DNA of 64,000 nucleotides, from contig CM074518.1 in NCBI GenBank assembly GCA_037379345.1, forward strand, positions 6,820,001 through 6,884,000, read 5' to 3'. The notes below the pieces were generated by a model. It was given only the letters and a program-made list of their open reading frames with translations, did not search any database and was not told the origin of the DNA. The translations under genes and the position numbers were made by a program. This document shows, one piece after another, positions 27,053 through 42,100 of the stretch; the stretch's first letter is position 1, and the number at the start of each line of letters is the position of its first letter. Origin of the DNA: Perna viridis (lineage: Eukaryota).

Positions 27053-30000
27053 GTTAACTAAAATTGGGATGAAAAGAAGCTATGTATAGAATTAACAACA
27101 CAATAAAACAACAACCAAAATGTTTAACTGAAATTTAACATCTCTCGATACTGAAATACTGGTTATGTTAAATTTAAAAAAAAAACCGATACAGTTACTG
27201 ACTTCAATTCTTTGTTAGTATGATATTGCACAATGTATCAACAGAAAACATCAGATTTTGATCTATATTTTTTACTATGTGTAATGAGACAGATAAGCAG
27301 AAAAAGCACTTTTAATAACACAAAGCACTCAAGTAAAAATAAAACTAACACTTCTATGATGGATTTATTTTCATGCAGATTTTATAATCCAAATGGAGTT
27401 CACTTCAATAGGAAAATCAGACTAGTAAACAAACATACAAGTGACTCAGACTGATAACAAATTCCTCAAAACAAGGAACACAGAATTGCCATCATTTATT
27501 GGTGAATATTTTTGACTTTCATGTTTACATGTAGCTGTAATGTTGACCAATTGCAAATTAGTATGAAAATTGAATGTTAACCAGAAATTGGTTACATTAG
27601 CGTCTAAACAAATTGTTTATTTATCTAGAATATAAGATTTATCACTTTTTACCCTGAAATATTTTTTTAATAAATGTATCAAATTTTTAGATATACATGT
27701 TTTTCAATTACACAAACTTTCTGACTAGACATATACTATATTGAACTAACTAATGTGTGTGATTAAAAGCAAACTAAAATTTATGTAAGCTTTATCATGA
27801 CGAACATGATGGAGGTAGTGCACACTACTTATACAGACAGACAGAAAACAACTTGTTGATTTTCATGCAAAGTATTAAGTACAAGGGTCTGTATGAATTT
27901 TGGATGCAACTAATGGCCTGGACACCACAACTGAACTTAAAAAATAAGTAAGTTGGAGAATGTTTTAAGACATTAAGTTTCATGATTTCAGGAACATTAA
28001 AGAATATTCTCAGCCTTGAGTTTTTTTTTCAAACTTTGTTGTTCCATCCCCTGGTTGTACCATTAAATATTTTATTTTGTTTTGTCTGAATTCTAAAAAA
28101 GATTCAGTCTTGAACATAAATTGAAAAATACTGTTAGAATTGAAGTCTTTGTTTTTACCTCATATTTACAAATATACTTAGTGAACAGTACTGTTACAAT
28201 TTTAACACATCAACCTATTTTCCTGTATTTATAATATAATAAAACAAAATGGTTATGGATTTAGCTGAGATAAAAGCAGACAGGTCTAAGGAGATATTAG
28301 TCAATAGGACTGTAAATTTATATAAGGTGAAAAGAGGTTTTCAAAGTCAAAACTGAAATGCTGTACCAAAAACAATGTCGAATTTTTTTCTGTGTAATTC
28401 TTACATGTGATGTATATATGGCAATATTTCATACGATTGGTTGAGAAGGCTTCTGGTAGTAGTTCTTGAAGTTGATTTTTTTTTGTTAAACAATGGTTAA
28501 GTAACAGCTTTAACAGCCATTATAATCAGGATGGTGGCATTATTCCCTTACCAACAGGACGACACTCACAAATGAAATGGATAGACTGAGAGGTTACATG
28601 TCATGAAATTAAATTCCTTATCTTCAATATTTAAAAGTCATTAATACCTTTATAAAAGATTACTGGAGTAAACACCATGCCAAGACACAAACAAACATAA
28701 CATCAAGTTGCATGCATTGTCATGGTAGATATACCCCAATCGTATATCACCCAAAATTGCTTACAACATCTACCCCATCTTTATAAAGCAACACACCAAA
28801 TTTGAAATAAATTCATCCACTGGCAGCTAAGTTTTTTGTGATGAAACTTTTCTCTGTCATTCAATATAGAAAAAAATGCAGACAAAACAGGAAGTTGATA
28901 TCAGACAGCAACTAAAATCCTTACAATGTATGCCCAACATCATAAAGCCATACACTCAATTTGAAATCAATACATCCACAAGGAGCTGAGGTTATTGCTA
29001 CAAAATTCTGATGAAGGACAAGATGATTCCAATATACCACCCAACAGTTGTGTTTGGATACAACATATCATTAGTTTGTGAGTGAATTTGTTCAGTAAAT
29101 ATACTTATAAATTTCTTTAAAATGGCATTTTTATTACAGAAAGTTAAATGTGTAGTATCATGTTCTAATGAATTTAAAAACTGAATATCGATGTGAACTT
29201 ACAAAAATACAACTCTTAGCACACACTAAATAATCAATATGAATGTTCAACCATTGAAAATTGAGTGTTTATCAAAGATAAAACAGTGAGTCTATAAAAG
29301 CCAGAGTAGGATTGTAATCCTTACTTTGTAAAGCAGTAATAATATAAACCATGTGCTATCTTTGTATTGATAACGGAGTAAAAAAATATACATCTTGAAA
29401 GTAATATAATAAAAGCCAATACAACGAACATATAACATTAACAACATAGTAACAACTTTAAGATAAGTCTGGAATTCTTTCAACATATCTTTCCGGGAAG
29501 AAAATTATTTTCTGGCTATAAATATGTTTCATTCTGTAAGTTTACACCTTCATATATTATCCTTGGATTAGCAAAAGTAAGTACACTACTGAATATAAGG
29601 GTATTTTCGTTTCTATACATGTACCATAGTCTAGATGGTTTTAAAAGCTCATTATAGCTTGTGTTGTAATGTTTTACATGTACTGACTTCAAATAAACTT
29701 TTTGCACTTTGAACTTTTAATCTTAAAATAGACCATTGAAAATTAAATTTAAATCAATTTGCAAGAAAATTATAACAATCAAGATATTTACAAAAAAAAA
29801 TTGAAGTCTACACTGTTTGTTGGGGTTTAAGGGCAAAATTTCATCTAGTACTAGAAGTTGAAATTTGGCTCAAATTCTTTAAAGAAATCTTAAAATTTGT
29901 CAAGAAACAAATTCTGTTACAAGAACATGAAAGTTCTAAATTAACTAGTCCAAAACATTCATAACTACTGTACTTCTTAGGTATGTGGTAAGAAAATCCA

Positions 30001-30140
30001 GACTTATTCAACTTAAAAATATTTAAATATCTTTTACATTACTAAATCAAAGCATTATGAACCTTCTCCAAAAATGAATGATTATTTCACAAAGTATTAC
30101 CAGGCTAACAATATAATACTGAGCATAGAAGGGGTACCCT

Positions 30141-33100
30141 TCATGATGACTTTCCATTCTTTGATAAAATTTTAGACCCTGGTTTTGATGTAATGTCAAA
30201 ACAATAAATTCCAAGGAAATCACAAATCTGTTGACACACTGCTTGAGAGTATCTGATTAAATCCTGTGACACATAAATCTGAAAACAAGAAAAACAAATC
30301 ACCAGTTTATGTAGAATCTAACACTACAATCTAATTATTTAACTTATACAACCTTAACAAATAGCTATCTTTCCTGCAGAAATATAATTATTCACTACTA
30401 GCAAAATAATTCTTTATATCTTCAACAACAACTCAAATAATATAAAAAAAAACATTATTAATTTAATAATTTGAAACACCTAAAAAAAAAGAGAACCAAA
30501 ATAACTCATAAATTTAATAAAATAATTTTTAATCACCAATAAATAAATACTTACAAACATAAACCATAAAACCAAGTACTCATTTAAAATGCAATTGAAA
30601 TACTGGTTAAGAAAAAGCATAGCAGGCCCAAGAAATGATGAATCAAATAAATCCATCTCACTCTTCGTCATTTGAGCAACCTAAAAACAAAATCATAATG
30701 AAAATAACAAGTCAATAACAGACCACTGAGATTCTGTAGTATATTCTTCTTGCCTTTTCTTGCCTTTTTTGATAATATCAATTATAGTCTTACCTGGATC
30801 CAACTAGAAATACTGTGATAAAGCTCAGAAAGAGAATACCTATCCCTTGCCTTAAATGGACTAAAATGTAAAATGCTTGTTGTGTTATCTCCTTTTCGCA
30901 TCAAGCAACAGTTATTATATTTGTTTATGTATATCTACATATGATACCCAACCTTCCTATAAAATTTCATTGAAATCCCTTGAGTGGTTTAGCAGGAGTT
31001 GCTCTTACAAGTTTTAATTGGATTATTTCTAATTGGAGTCCTCCAACTGTGATGATATTCCTTCTTGCACATCTACATATAACACACAAACTTCCTATGA
31101 AATATCATCAAAATCCCTTGAGTTGTTAAGGAGTATTTGAAATTGGTGATGCCGTCTATATATTTCTGGTCATTACCGTATACAGAAACCATGTTTCTGA
31201 TCATAGGTCAAATACAAAATTAGTGAGTGTTCTTTTCCCTAGGGTCTTTTAGCAATATGTGCCCTGAACAGTTGGGGACAAGAGTAGACACAGCATCAGT
31301 TTTTTTAACAAACTTACAATTTATAATGGACAAATCAAATTGTTTGGACAAAATAAATAGCACAAAATCTGAAAACTAATTAAATTTCAAAATCTGACCA
31401 AAAAAAAAAAAATAGATTTTTTGGGGTGTGGCAACTTACACTCCTTATAACTCAAAAACCTTAAAAGATATCTTAAATTTGAAAAAATAGTTTTTTCAGA
31501 AAAATTCAATAAAAAATGTGATGGTCATTTTTTACAGAAATATTATACACAAAGCAAGAAAAACTCAATACTCGCCCAATAAGTTTATTATAGCTTTGAA
31601 TAGGCTTATTAGTAAGGGACATAGTTATGATATTGTTGTCAAATCATTAAAGGTAGCATTTTTTGGTATTAATATTGATTCACCCATAGGGTCATGACAT
31701 AGAAATTAAAACACTATATCTGAAAGCAATTTTCAGCATGCCATGGGTTGTGTCCTTATGATGTACCACTTCATGGGAAGAATTGAGATTGATATTACAT
31801 ACAATGAGAATGTAACTTTTTGTAGGTTTACACTGGTCTGGAGCTGGCATGTCAGTCAACTGCTAGTTGTCCTTTGTTTGTACATTTGTGTAATGTATAT
31901 TCAGTTTCTTTATTTCCATTATAACAAGGGACTCAGAACTTTTTTAACTGATTTTTAGGTGTGTTTAATTATGTAATATTCTTTCCAAAGTAGCCAGATT
32001 TGAAAGGGGGAGGGTTGTGATCACAACAAAGTTCTTTAACCCCACCACATTTTTTGTGCCTGTTCCAAGTCAGGAATTTCTGGCCTCTGCATGTCTTGTT
32101 TCATTTGCACTTTCAGTTATTTTTATGTTTTTGGAGTCTACAGGAGCAACTATTTCCCTGTACACATGTACAATGTAGTTTTGGGGAGAGCTGCAGCCTG
32201 CCTAGTGATATGAGGGTTTCCTCTGTTTTAACTGAAGACCAATAGGTAGCCTGACAATTTGCATGCCTGTGGGGTTGTTGTCTTTTTTACAAACTCACCA
32301 TATCCATTCTCATTATATGTAACTAAATGTTTTTATCAAGCAATAGTTTCCAGGCCTTTTGTTTACTGGAGTCTTTTTTCATCAAATATAAGTGTCTGTT
32401 GTTGATTAATACTTACCACTAATCTATTAGTGACTTTAGCACCCACTAGCCCAAAACAGATGAGGAAAAAACATGGATGGTTATCATATACTCCTGATGG
32501 TGATTTCTGAGCTATTATTACACCTAAGGCTAAAACTAGTACTATTGGTAACACTGGAAATATTGTACTAGTCCCCTGTAATACAAATAATGATTTTCTT
32601 TCATTTAGGAATGAAATATTTCTACACTCAAGGAAGAAAAATTTGAATAATCAATGTAAGCATTTAGAAGCATATAAAATTTCCATTTTAAAGACAAAGG
32701 TAGATATTTTTCTCCAAGACTTGGCTTAAACACAGTTAGTTCTTCTATGAAAATTGTAAAAACTTGAAGAGAATCAAATGACAGGAACTTGCTAGCTGAA
32801 ATTTCATCACGACTCATTGGTAAAAAAAATGCCTAACCACTCATAGTAAATTGGAAAAATTGCACGTGTACAATACTTCTAGCTGATAGTTTTTTTTTAT
32901 ATAAATGGATACAATTAAACAGATACCTTACCATATGAATCTATTTCTCCACTTTAGTTTAAATCAACAAGAAGTGAAGCCTTTAAAATACCTTGTGACT
33001 CTTATGGTTACCTTTAATTCATTTCATTGTCTAGAGACATTTCTGAATTACTTATCATGCTTGTTTGAATTTTACACTATCACAGAAACTTGACCTACAT

Positions 33101-36100
33101 ACATAAAACTTACTGCAATAGTGGATTTGTTTTTGCCAGATCCACCCTGCATTATCACAGAAAAATTTGTTCCAAATTGATACACTTGAGGAAACAAACT
33201 AAACAGCATAGCACCTTTTCTAAATGACATTCCTATTATAGGAAACTGAAAGTAGAAATAAAAGCAAAATTAATTGCAAACAAGGAAATAAGTCAATACA
33301 TATATAATAATGAAGTCTTCCTTTATTATTTTATGTTAGGACCATCGAATGGCAAGTCTTCATAGTATCTACATGTATAATGATTTAAATGTATATTGTC
33401 AATGACCATGATTACTGATTTCATGATAAAGGACCATACCTCCATTTCACATATACACAACCAACAAACTCTAAAAGCTGTGGTAAAATTATAGAAGAGC
33501 CAAACAAGTGATGTGTACCCAATCAGAAAAGATAAGTATATCAATATAATCTATATGGCCTTCTGAGTCTGGTTATCACAGGGGTTTTTACATTTAAATT
33601 TTGACAATTTTTTCAAAGAACTTTAATCATAAAGTGGGCATTTGCTAATGTTTGAGAGGGCTGTTATATGTTATTGATAGGGATCAATCGTTAGCAAGCT
33701 GTTACATGCCACTGAGCCAAAGACTGCATATTCTTTTTATCTGGCTGATATTTTCCAGTATCAAGTAAATATCCATTCTGATGACAAAATGTGTCAACCA
33801 AATGAAATATATGATTGGCAAGGACAATATTGTATGTAATATAAGCATCATATTACTTACTGTTATATCCCAAAATGAGGATCCAAACAAAAAATCTATT
33901 AAATATACACCAATAATCATTAATTGTGTTTCTGTAACATCAAATCTGAAAACAAAATTAAAACATGGCATTATCTCTACACATGTAATATATCTAACCA
34001 TAACCAAATGTACACGTAAAATAAGCCTACATTGATACACGTCTGTCGAGGTATATGTTACAGTAGATTAGTGTTTGGTCTATTTGGAAATCAACATGGT
34101 ACTAAAGTATGTGGACCGGTGACACACAGGAAGATGGTCTCATCAAATCATGGTTTTTGAGACTGCATAAACATCAATTAAAATGGAATTCAGGAAACAC
34201 ATGGATCTAGGCTTCTCTGCAATCCACAAGAAGTTAGGCTTGTAAATATTCTCTGCCACAACAAAATCTAGCCAGACAAATGAACAAATATTATGTTCCT
34301 TTAGCTAACTATCCTTAGGTATCATGACATGAGAATTCTAGACCCCCAGGCCCTTATAATGGAAAACTTATGATTCATCTTCACTTTTAAAATTTTATGA
34401 TCAATTATACCTTCCAAATCTAAGAGTTCCTGTGACGTAAGTTTGCCAGTGGGCCATATAAAATAAATATGTTGCAGCAAAAACTTCATACATCATCCAA
34501 TCAGGATCTCTACCCATGTTCATTGCTACTGTTGTCCCAAGGCCAACAAATACTGCAAAGATATAAAGATATAAATTAAGTAATCGACTGATAGAAAGTT
34601 ATACAATAAAATTCTATATACATGCTTTCAAAGGCACTCATTTGGGTAAACTAGAAACTGTATGAGAAGGCTCACAAAAGCAATACCACTACTTCCACCT
34701 AGACTCAATATGTAATCCAGAAAGTTGGATTATCTCCCCTACAAAGTATCTGACTCAACCAAACTAGTTTCATTCTCAGTTTAATTAAAATGCATTGAAC
34801 AGTTTATGAGTTATGCTTACAAGAAACATGGACAAAAGAACAGACAGACAGACAATAATGCCATTATTATAACGGTGGCTCCTACATTGTTGGGTTTGAA
34901 TACATGTGATATGGATGGGGTAGATTATCATTTTAAAATACTTGCATGTAGTGAAACATTTAAAAGGTGCAATAACTGGTCAGGATTTTTGGGGGTATCA
35001 ACAATGTCTGTGTATTTTCTGATTTATTTCCAACTTGCTGGTCTTTAGATTTTGAAGGGAATATTACATGTGCAGTAGTTAATGGTATTTTGTGAGGAAA
35101 TCATATTTTTGCTTCAAAAAACCACTAAATCAGTGCCCACACACACACAATAGTACTTCATTACTACAGTAAAACCTGTCAAGGCCAAACCCTGATAACA
35201 ACAGAAGCCTGTGTCAACCAGACATCTTATTAAGTTCAATCAATACCAGTTTCGTTATGTTTTAAATCTCTCTATCAACCAAACACCTGTGTTACCAAAC
35301 AAAACTTTTTGTCCAAAAGGGTTTCAGTGTAGTTTTCACATAAAATTGGTTTTCTGTCACTATAACATTATTTGATACAGATACTGAAGCACATTTGAAT
35401 TTTTTCTACTCCTCTTCCTCTATATAATTTGTCAATCTCATCAAGTAAATAATGTCACTAATTAGCATATACAGGTATTGGATAAGTAGCAATACCAAGG
35501 TTCAAATGAAAGGAAATCTGCTGTACAGGAACACCAAAATGATAAAAGAAAAAATTGGACAATACATAAAAACTGAAAACAGATGCAGAAAAACAGACAG
35601 CACAAATCCCACTGAAAACAAGAATGAAATACGGTGCAATTCGAAGTTGCAGCTTTTTGTAAAATAAATACTATCAGCTCATTGAAGGATAAGTTGGGGG
35701 AAAAGGAAGAATATGACAAATGAAGATTATTGGTCAAATTAGAAATGGTCACTCCATCCATTTGGGTCAATCAGATTATGTGACAACATTAAATTTTTGG
35801 AATGGCTACCTAAATCCACTGGCAACATGTATCTGAACCGGACGCATTTTGTGTACGCCACTCAACCTTATCAAGAAAGTTGGTGTATTGGTCCCAATTT
35901 CTAGTTAAGTGCATGAGTTGAGAGACAAAAACTCCATACACTGTAGCAGCTGGAAGGTCGGTCATAGGGAAGGAAAGTTGACAATGAGGAAATCAAAGAA
36001 GTAGTGTTAGTGGTAAGAATAGGTAGTACAAGCATTTCTATAGATCTTTTGTCGATTGTGAGAAGTCAAGAAAAACGGTGTCCTGAATTCCAAACTCTAT

Positions 36101-39100
36101 TAGTAGATGAAATGAAGACAATCACCCAATTTTAGGATTCTTTAGCAACAAACATCATCTACATGAGTATATTATGTACACAATAGATGCTGAAATCAAA
36201 GGATAGTGTTTCCTTTTCCTTGGAGGAGGAGGTTGTGAGAGAAGTCTCATAGGAATATGGTGGACAAGTACCAGTAATTACCTCCATAATAAATCTATAA
36301 TTTAAACTTCTTTGCAAGGATATCTATTTTCACATCAGTCTACATTATCAACCTTACAAGATAAAATTAGTTTCCATTAACAGCCAAAGGTACGATAATG
36401 AAATATAGTATAGTATACATAATAGTCTATAATGTCTTCTAAATGGTGTTTGAGTTAGTCTTCCTAATTCTAATTTATATATTCTCCCCCAATATGTTTT
36501 ATCTCCCATTTTTACAGAAAAGCTTGGTTTTATCTATTGTCATTGTGACTAATATTTTAAGGAAATGAATAATTTACATGTACAACTCCACATATATGTG
36601 TATTAGTATTTATTGTAAAAATTGAAGGAAATGAGTTACTGCTTTTAAGTACATTAAGCATGAAAAACATCAAAACCACAAGTTCAAACAACCTTTCAAA
36701 GGACAGTTAATATTACTGTCAATTGCTTAATTTCTTAAATACTGCTTACATGTTAATTGATGAGGGATTTACTCCTCTTTGTGAACTTCATGTAAACTTA
36801 AAATGAAATTATAAATAACGTACAAATGTAAAACATGAAAATAAATTGGTATACACCATTTATCAAACTTGGAAATTACTTTTACATCTACAATAACATC
36901 TCCATTTTATTCACTAAACATGCAACAACTATCGGTTTCCACTTTCGCCTTTTTTTTTTATTTCTAGTAAAAAGTGCAAAACTAAATATCATACTAAATC
37001 ATGTTGCCATGTACGTGTTCTTTCACACATGTACTGGCCAAAATGTGTTTCCAAGAAAATTCTACAGGAATGTCCATTGCACACCATCCATGGCTATATA
37101 TAGGTTCAGCATAAGCATCGTTCGGGTAATATTGAGTTGAACAGTACATCAATTGTACTTCGAAGCCAGTACATTATACTTCTAAGTCAGAACATTATAC
37201 TTCAAAGACAGAACAACATACTTCAAAGTCAGTACTTACATGTAAAACTTAGAAGTCGGTACATTATACTTCAAAGTCAATAGATACATGTAAAACTTAG
37301 AAGTCAGTACATTATACTTCAAAGTCAATAGATACACGTAAAACTTAGAAGTCGGTACATTATACTTCAAAGTCAATAGATACATGTAAAACTTAGAAGT
37401 CGGTACATTATACTTCAAAGTCAATAGATACACGTAAAACTTAGAAGTCAGTACATTATACTTCAAAGTCAGTTCACTATACTTAAGTATTGTACATTTT
37501 ACTTCAATGTTTCACATCTGGTATTCATTATATACATGTACATGTACATACATTGTTGAAAAATACTAATAATTTCTAATCACAGATGAGAATTTGATAA
37601 AAACTCAGTGTGTTGATGTATATATATGTTCCGCACACACTATTTTAAACAAATAGTACCTCTAAATTCCATTGGCTTATCATTAAAAAGAAGCTCAATG
37701 ATACATGTACATGTAAACACATGGGCATATATATGTACATGTATGTATTAAAGATATAAAAGGCTTTTATCATTTACTGAATGTATGTACATGTATAAAA
37801 ATAAATTACCAAATACATTATACTGTATGTACAATGAAGTTTTTCCCCTACAGCTAAATCAGGTCTATAAACTACAGTGATTTATATAGAAATTGATAAT
37901 GAAAATATTTATGTGAACATATGTTGCTGAACTTAAATATTGATTACTTGCTGATTCATCACATTTTATTTCATGTACATTTTTGTATATCAAACACTCT
38001 GTGATAGTAAAAAATGGTTTTAAAAGGTATTCAACTGAAATTGCAAAAGCATTTTTTTAAATACATGAAAAAATATTTTTTATCATAAAATGAATCACAT
38101 CCATATTAAAATCTAGATACTGAAACATTGCACTAAATTGTTAAACTTATCTGTTTGATATGTTTGTATGAATGAAATAGTAACCATAGTTACGGTACTG
38201 TATTAAGATGAAGCCAAGAAACAATGGCAGACTCAGTGTACAGAAAGATGAAAGTAAAGAGGAATGATATGGGTTCCACAAATATGAATACAATGCTTCA
38301 AAGAGTGCAGCTACATGTACTTATGCCTTCAGAGGTCAAACCCAGAACACATGGGGCAATTATGGACACAAATTTCAAGCTTGATACAGCTCTGAATTTT
38401 GATTGTGATGAAAAGTTTGGCATGTTCAATAATATTTTACTCAGAATGGAAGCAGTAAATTGACTTAGATACTTGCAATAGACTTTTATATGAAAGACAA
38501 CAGACGGACAGACAAAGTGCTCTTTATAGATCCCTGCTAACAACAATCAAAAGCCTAGATCAAAAGAAATTAATAGTTCTCAATCATGTCATAGCATTTG
38601 GCGAAGATATTTTTAAATTTAATCCAAAAACACGAAATTGTCCTATTTGTATGACCCTATACATGCAACTCAAAAATATAATATCCAAAAAATTTAAAAA
38701 ATCACAAAGGAACTTACGTTAATAGAAATAAACTATTCAACAAAGTTTCAGGACACTGCCTATAGCATTTTAAGGTTATTTCACAAAAATTTTATATCCC
38801 CCCCTCCCCCCACCCACCCCAACCATTTTTCATGAATATCCATATCTCATAAATGAAAAATTTGAAATTTATAAAGATTGAAAGGACGCTGTCATCAATT
38901 GAAAGAAATAATGCACTAAAGTTTCATGAAAATAAGTGCAACAACTATTAAGTTGTAGTCCAAAAACTGGAAAAAATCCCACTTCTTTATAAATAAAGTC
39001 TCATACATGTAACTCCAAATCTTGAAATCACAAATCTTCAAAATTTGACAGGGAGATTTCATAAATATAAAGAAACAATTCAATAAAGTTTCATTTAAAT

Positions 39101-42100
39101 TGTTGCACAGGTTTTTGAGTTAGAGTCGGAAAACAGAATTTTTTTTAACATGTTAAGTACCATTACTCATAAATGAAAAAAAATAATGAATTAAAATTGA
39201 AAAGGAGCACACATTAATCAAAATTAATCAAAAGAAACAACCAAAGTGTCACAAAAATTGTTGGCAGCAGTTTTTAGTCATTGTGCGAAGTGTGAACGAA
39301 GGATGGACAGACACTGATATACCATAATATGCCCTGTCTTAAATGACTGGTGTATAAAAACAAACTTGGAGTATGTTTAAGAAGTACAGTGCAAGGTAAA
39401 TGTCTTTTGTTCAAGTAGAAGTACCCATCACATACGCATCATACAAAATTTTGATTGTCATTTACCTGTGAATATGCCAAAAGGTTTTCCGTATTTACTA
39501 CAGAAATACAGGGCTGTCAAAGTTCAAAGGTACAACGTATATGCACCTTTATGTGTGTACTTCTTGCTTTCTTTTTCCCATCAAAATCAAAATACATACC
39601 TGTAGATACTGAGTCACAGCCATGATCAAACAATTCTCCAAGTGGTGTATTGGTACCTGTTCTCCTTGCCTGCTTACCATCAATAGCATCTAATGATTGG
39701 TATAAAAACAGACCAACTGCACACAGTAAGTATACAATTCTAGGAGCCTACAATACAAAAAGTATACTAAATAAAATTTTATATCAATAGAAATTATTCT
39801 AATTAATTCAAACATTTTTCTCTGCACAAGCTTGTGATTTTGTAGAAAATTAACAAACATCCTTCAATACATGACGGCATTGTTAACTTGTGTCCACTGG
39901 CATAAGGGGTGAACACTAAAAAGATATTTTTGGTAGATATGGATGCTTGTATTTGCATTAATGATTATAGCATACATGTACAATGTTCATGTACCAACAC
40001 ATCTTTTCATGTACATCAATATATCTGTACCAGTACAAGTTCTCCAGTGTCACCACTACACTAGTTAATACTTTCAAAGTGGTACATTTTTGTATCAATT
40101 CAATGTGGATCTTGAAAAATATAAAAGATCCTCTGGAAGCTCTCAATGCTAGATTATTAGTATGTAGTACTTGGCAGAGATTCTTCATACTTTCTCAGTG
40201 TTGTTCTAAATATATTGAAGAAAATGTTGTCAAAATGCAAGTTTTTTATCGACAACATAAAATTGTCCAGTGTGGTGGTTCTATGGGAACAAATTGTGCT
40301 CCTCTCCTTGCTAACCTGTTCTTGATATCATAGTTCATTTACCCTTCTGGTCCATGCTTAGAGTTTTCAGTGGAGTCTGGATGCTCATTTACTTTTGTTT
40401 CTATATGCAGGTTTTATTGTTGTCCTTTGTTGTGTGAGTCCATTTTCCTTGGATTATGTTCTTTTTTATTACTGTTCGAATCCTGGTTTTCTTGATTGCC
40501 CTATACTCCAAATTGAAGGTTTTAAGGAACCGTTTGCATACATTTTGTACATGTACATTCTTATTGATTTGAAAAAAGTTAACGATATTTACATGTACAT
40601 CATGTTTAGACTTTGCTGACAGACAAAAATGCATATAGTAACAGGAAGCAGCTAAACAAATGTTAATTTGTTAGTTTTTTTTAGGTATCAGCTACACTGT
40701 TGTTCATACATGTAGATGAATATATGTACCTGGACCATCTTGTAAACCATGAAATAATGAGTGTTATCTTTAAAAAAAAAAAAAGAAAGTGGGTACAATA
40801 AAATTTGTCTAACTTATCTCTCTTCATTAAAAAATAATGACACATGAGACAAGATTTTAATTTTTTTATACAGTATTTCAATCACCATTTGGCCAATAAG
40901 GGAATAAGATTACGATCAGGTGACTTGCGTTACAAAGGTATAGATGCAATTAATTTGGCTAACATCCTCCATCACAAAAAACGTTACCAACAAAATTCTC
41001 CCATATTTCAGAGACAAATCCATACCAATTATTTCATATTCCTATACTTCACCCTTTGCATCCAAAATTTTCAATTATAAAAGGCTATTGCAGAACCTCG
41101 AGATTGAGAACTTCAAGGCTAAACTACCTGACTGTTCTTGCAAAAACTCTCCATTCAAATATGGTCCTTCTGGTCACATCGTTATGGGAGATTTAACCAT
41201 CATCGAAAACAAATCTCTGCATAATATCCTTTCTAAAGGTCCGAAGTACCGTGAACCATGCTCCATAAATTGGAAATATAACTTTAAAGTTCTTATGGAT
41301 GCCGTCGAGGACTATGCAAGAAAATGAATAAAACGAGAACAAGAAGACATTGATTCTCTATCAGAGTGGTTAAAGGCTATGGGGTCTTTATTTTTGAAAC
41401 AAATGAAAGTTTTAAATAGTTCAATCAGTTCCAAGGCTACATCAGTTTTCAAAGACCCCGATGTAGCAAAAACACTGTCTAATATACATGACAAATATGT
41501 TGTCGTACTAGCAGACAAAGCCCAAAACAACACTGTTTTTGTCTGCAAAACATTTTACATCCAATGTTTATTATCAAAGGCAGACGTAGAAAAAAATAGC
41601 AGTGATAAGACCTATACTGCTACCACACTCTCCAAAGAAGAGATTGTGGTAAACCATAAATCTGTGCTACCCTCTTTTGATCTCTCTACCAAGGACGATG
41701 ATTGTGATTTACCATCTATATACTGGATTCCTAAACTCCACAAGAATCCATACAAACAACGTTTCATAGCTGGATCTGCAAAATGTACCACCAAACCTCT
41801 TTCAAAACTTTTAACTTCTATACTCACAACTGTCAAAGAGGGTCTGCAGTCCTACCACAACACTTGTTACTCCCTTAGTGGTATTAATTCAATGTGGAAC
41901 CTGAAAAATTTGAAAGATCTTTTGGAGACAATCAGTTCAAGACTATTATCTGAATATATAAGCATTAAAACCTATGACTTTTCAACACAGTATACTTCTA
42001 TTCCCCATACTCAGTTACATTGTAAAATCCCAACTTAAAAACATTACACATCGTTGTTCAAAAAAGATGGTACACCTAGATATAAATATATAGTTCTTGG

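Noticed and set aside
37236-37466. Repetitive 76-aa ORF, and a possible CRISPR-like array
   Set aside because: It is a translation of the 48-bp minisatellite. There are no unique spacers or cas genes, and the context is eukaryotic.
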